Shown: in pieces, positions 34,244-35,801 of the stretch
Numbering within the stretch: the stretch's first letter is position 1
Layout: each line of letters opens with the position of its first letter
Virus record (IMG/VR): IMGVR_UViG_3300022218_000008
Location: 1 to 35,801 of that record
Length of the DNA stretch: 35,801 bases
DNA from: a virus
Lineage: Duplodnaviria; Caudoviricetes
Reading direction: 5' to 3' (one strand)
Made by a program: the position numbers and the translations under genes
The notes under the pieces: generated by a model
Told to the model about the DNA's origin: nothing
Database searches by the model: none
The model's input: only the letters and a program-made list of their open reading frames with translations

Positions 34244-34480
34244 TTAATCGTTAGTTCCAAACAACGTTTGTAAAAGTTGTTTCGCTCTCAGTTCTGCGAT
34301 CGCTTCCTCCCCTGCCTCGTGTGTTGTATTCATTAAAACGTTTATTTCCATCTTATCGTAAGATTTTGTTACATCGGGCGGTAGCATTTTTAAATCTTTT
34401 AAAACAGCCAAAGTTCCCAGTAAATTGAACATGTCGAACGCATCCAGAGTTATCGTAATTTTGTTTCCAGTTTCAGCCAT
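34244..34480 (-). CDS. Hypothetical protein
   Basis: 78 aa; overlaps the upstream stop. Confidence 0.72.
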   Translation of the reverse strand: MAETGNKITITLDAFDMFNLLGTLAVLKDLKMLPPDVTKSYDKMEINVLMNTTHEAGEEAIAELRAKQLLQTLFGTND

Positions 34481-34697
34481 TTTTTCCGATGTTTATTTCT
34501 ATTTGTTTGTTTTTCCAGTCTTTAAAATCCTGTTCGGTTAGCACTCGTACAGCAACCGACCACGGTATCGGATCTAGTGTTCCGCCCCTTTGGGCTTCTC
34601 TCGTTTCTTTTTGCTTCTTTGCCCTGCGTTCATCGCTAAGCAAGTATTCGCCAAAACTGATTAAATCGGCTTTCGTGAAATATGTTTTCTTCGCCAT
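34473..34697 (-). CDS. Hypothetical protein (TYFTKADLISFGEYLLSDER motif)
   Basis: 74 aa downstream of a TATATTTG element. Confidence 0.78.
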   Translation of the reverse strand: MAKKTYFTKADLISFGEYLLSDERRAKKQKETREAQRGGTLDPIPWSVAVRVLTEQDFKDWKNKQIEINIGKNG

Positions 34698-34711
34698 GTC
34701 TTTGTTTGTTA

Positions 34712-34719
34712 CAAATATA
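34712..34719 (-). promoter_or_regulatory. -7 element (TATATTTG) with a variant palindrome ATATAT-TAGA-ATATAT (34715-34730)
   Basis: 14 nt upstream of ATG 34697. Confidence 0.6.
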
Positions 34720-34735
34720 TTAGAATATATCTATT

Positions 34736-35008
34736 TCAGGCATCCGATTTGTTAACTGTTTGATCTTTAACCTTTTGCGTTTCTTTGTAAAAAAGAATTA
34801 ATTTTCGAACATCACTTCCAAAGATTTGATCGTTTCCAACTGTTTTCGCCAGTTTTAAGATCTCAGCCAGTAGTTTTGTTCGATCTCGATCATCTTCTAC
34901 CAAGTCATGCGCACCAAGCAACCAAACGGTCGTATTTTCGTCCTCAGCGAGAACCATCGATTTATTTTGCAATCCTTTCAGGATCTGCGATATTATTGTT
35001 TTTAGCAT
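34736..35008 (-). CDS. Hypothetical protein
   Basis: 90-aa ORF overlapping the upstream stop. Confidence 0.7.
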   Translation of the reverse strand: MLKTIISQILKGLQNKSMVLAEDENTTVWLLGAHDLVEDDRDRTKLLAEILKLAKTVGNDQIFGSDVRKLILFYKETQKVKDQTVNKSDA

Positions 35009-35160
35009 CCTTCTTCGTTATTAGTTCGTTTTTCCTTATTCCAGTCGATCGAATAGTAATTTAAGCGATCCTTCGGGTATCTCTTTAGCCTGTTTTTAAT
35101 TATTTGGCTGTTCTGCGCTAATTTCAGCCACGTTGCGTTAATTCTTATAGTCCAGTTCAT
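35002..35160 (-). CDS. Hypothetical basic protein (MNWTIRIN...)
   Basis: Start moved to 35160, after an AAACAAAACGAA leader. Confidence 0.55.
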   Translation of the reverse strand: MNWTIRINATWLKLAQNSQIIKNRLKRYPKDRLNYYSIDWNKEKRTNNEEGC

Positions 35161-35171
35161 TTCGTTTTGTT

Positions 35172-35402
35172 TTAATCGTCCTCGCAGTCGCATACGACCT
35201 CCTGACATTCAGGACACGGAAACGGTTTTTCTTTTGGTTTATCTCCGAATCGTTCTGCTTTGATCCTGATCGAGATCTTTTCCATGTTTGTAAAATAATC
35301 GTAATCGATAACGATGTTTTTATAACCTTGTTTATCGAGTTCTTTTGCGACTGGCTTTAGATCCTCCAGAGCCTCGTCGATTCTGTCTTTGCTGTTCTTC
35401 AT
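35172..35402 (-). CDS. Hypothetical protein with a C-terminal CPEC...CDC zinc-binding motif
   Basis: 76-aa ORF. Confidence 0.72.
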   Translation of the reverse strand: MKNSKDRIDEALEDLKPVAKELDKQGYKNIVIDYDYFTNMEKISIRIKAERFGDKPKEKPFPCPECQEVVCDCEDD

Positions 35403-35479
35403 AGTTGCCCGTTTAAATGTGCATAAAATTGCTCGCTCGTCATTGCTCCGACGTATTCCTGTATTTGTAAATGATCCAT
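35399..35479 (-). CDS. 26-aa peptide (MDHLQIQEYVGAMTSEQFYAHLNGQL)
   Basis: Follows a hairpin and AACAAACAAAACTAAACG leader; ATGA overlap with the next gene. Confidence 0.6.
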   Translation of the reverse strand: MDHLQIQEYVGAMTSEQFYAHLNGQL

Positions 35480-35500
35480 CGTTTAGTTTTTGTTTGTTAT

Positions 35501-35517
35501 GAGGGCTTTCGCCCCCC
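35501..35517 (-). promoter_or_regulatory. GGGGGC-GAAA-GCCCTC hairpin in an intergenic leader
   Basis: Near-copy of 7487-7504 in the same context. Confidence 0.62.
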
Positions 35518-35525
35518 GTTGGTTT

Positions 35526-35801
35526 TTAATCTAGCGATCCGTAATGTCCTGCGCTCATTCTTTCAGCATGCGTCATCGGTGTATCTGGTGACATACAAAA
35601 CGCAGTAATTTCTCCAGATCTCAAACGCTCGATAAATAATTCCATTTCGTCACCTGCGAAAAAAGTATCTCTCGGATTTTCATTCTCTTTTAACCAAATT
35701 TGACCAAATGAAAAATGCGTTCCTTTATTTTCTAGTTCGAGGATCTTAGTTCCGATTTCTTTTAAAGTCTTTCCGTTATTCTGATTGCGATTCCATCTGA
35801 A
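35526..35801 (-). CDS. 3' part of the junction-spanning 116-aa protein (...GDEMELFIERLRSGEITAFCMSPDTPMTHAERMSAGHYGSLD)
   Basis: In frame with 1..225 across the terminal overlap; TAA at 35528-35526. Confidence 0.85.
   Translation of the reverse strand, partial: FRWNRNQNNGKTLKEIGTKILELENKGTHFSFGQIWLKENENPRDTFFAGDEMELFIERLRSGEITAFCMSPDTPMTHAERMSAGHYGSLD
35652..35801. repeat. 150-bp terminal direct repeat, right copy
   Basis: Matches 1-150 with one mismatch. Confidence 0.97.

Noticed and set aside
338-35064. Plus-strand ORFs in the track (e.g. 888-1373, 17460-17996, 20739-21251)
   Set aside because: They are antisense shadows of well-supported minus-strand genes, with F/S/L-rich composition and no recognisable motifs or leaders.

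Overview
The window is an apparently complete ~35.65 kb tailed (siphovirus-like) phage genome, assembled as a circle: bases 1-150 recur at 35652-35801 with one mismatch. The host is most likely Bacteroidota (Flavobacteriia-like), based on TTG-N19-TAnnTTTG promoters, A-rich leaders without Shine-Dalgarno sites, and a DUF3127-type SSB. All credible genes are on the minus strand. In transcription order the modules are: small unknown genes; a ParB-fusion gene plus a GT-A (TAGT/GREB1-like) glycosyltransferase coupled to terS/terL; portal, protease and HK97-type capsid; neck, tail and tape measure; tail tip and two or three receptor-binding proteins (one DUF1566-like); lysis; replication (initiator, DnaC-like loader); nin-like genes (NinG/HNH, RusA, NinB); recombination (ERF, gp157, SSB); a Cro-like HTH; and small early genes behind near-identical repeated promoters. 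I found no integrase, DNA methyltransferase, TET/JBP, reverse transcriptase, tRNA or CRISPR array. Highlights: (1) an 'orphan' packaging-linked glycosyltransferase system in a genome with strong TCGA/GATC enrichment and no AGCT; (2) a second copy of the initiator-internal 11-bp iteron array almost opposite on the circle, just upstream of the tape-measure gene; (3) recombining early-promoter cassettes with a palindromic operator, one copy being a perfect chimera of two others. Family calls come from motif recognition only and counts are manual; no searches were run.
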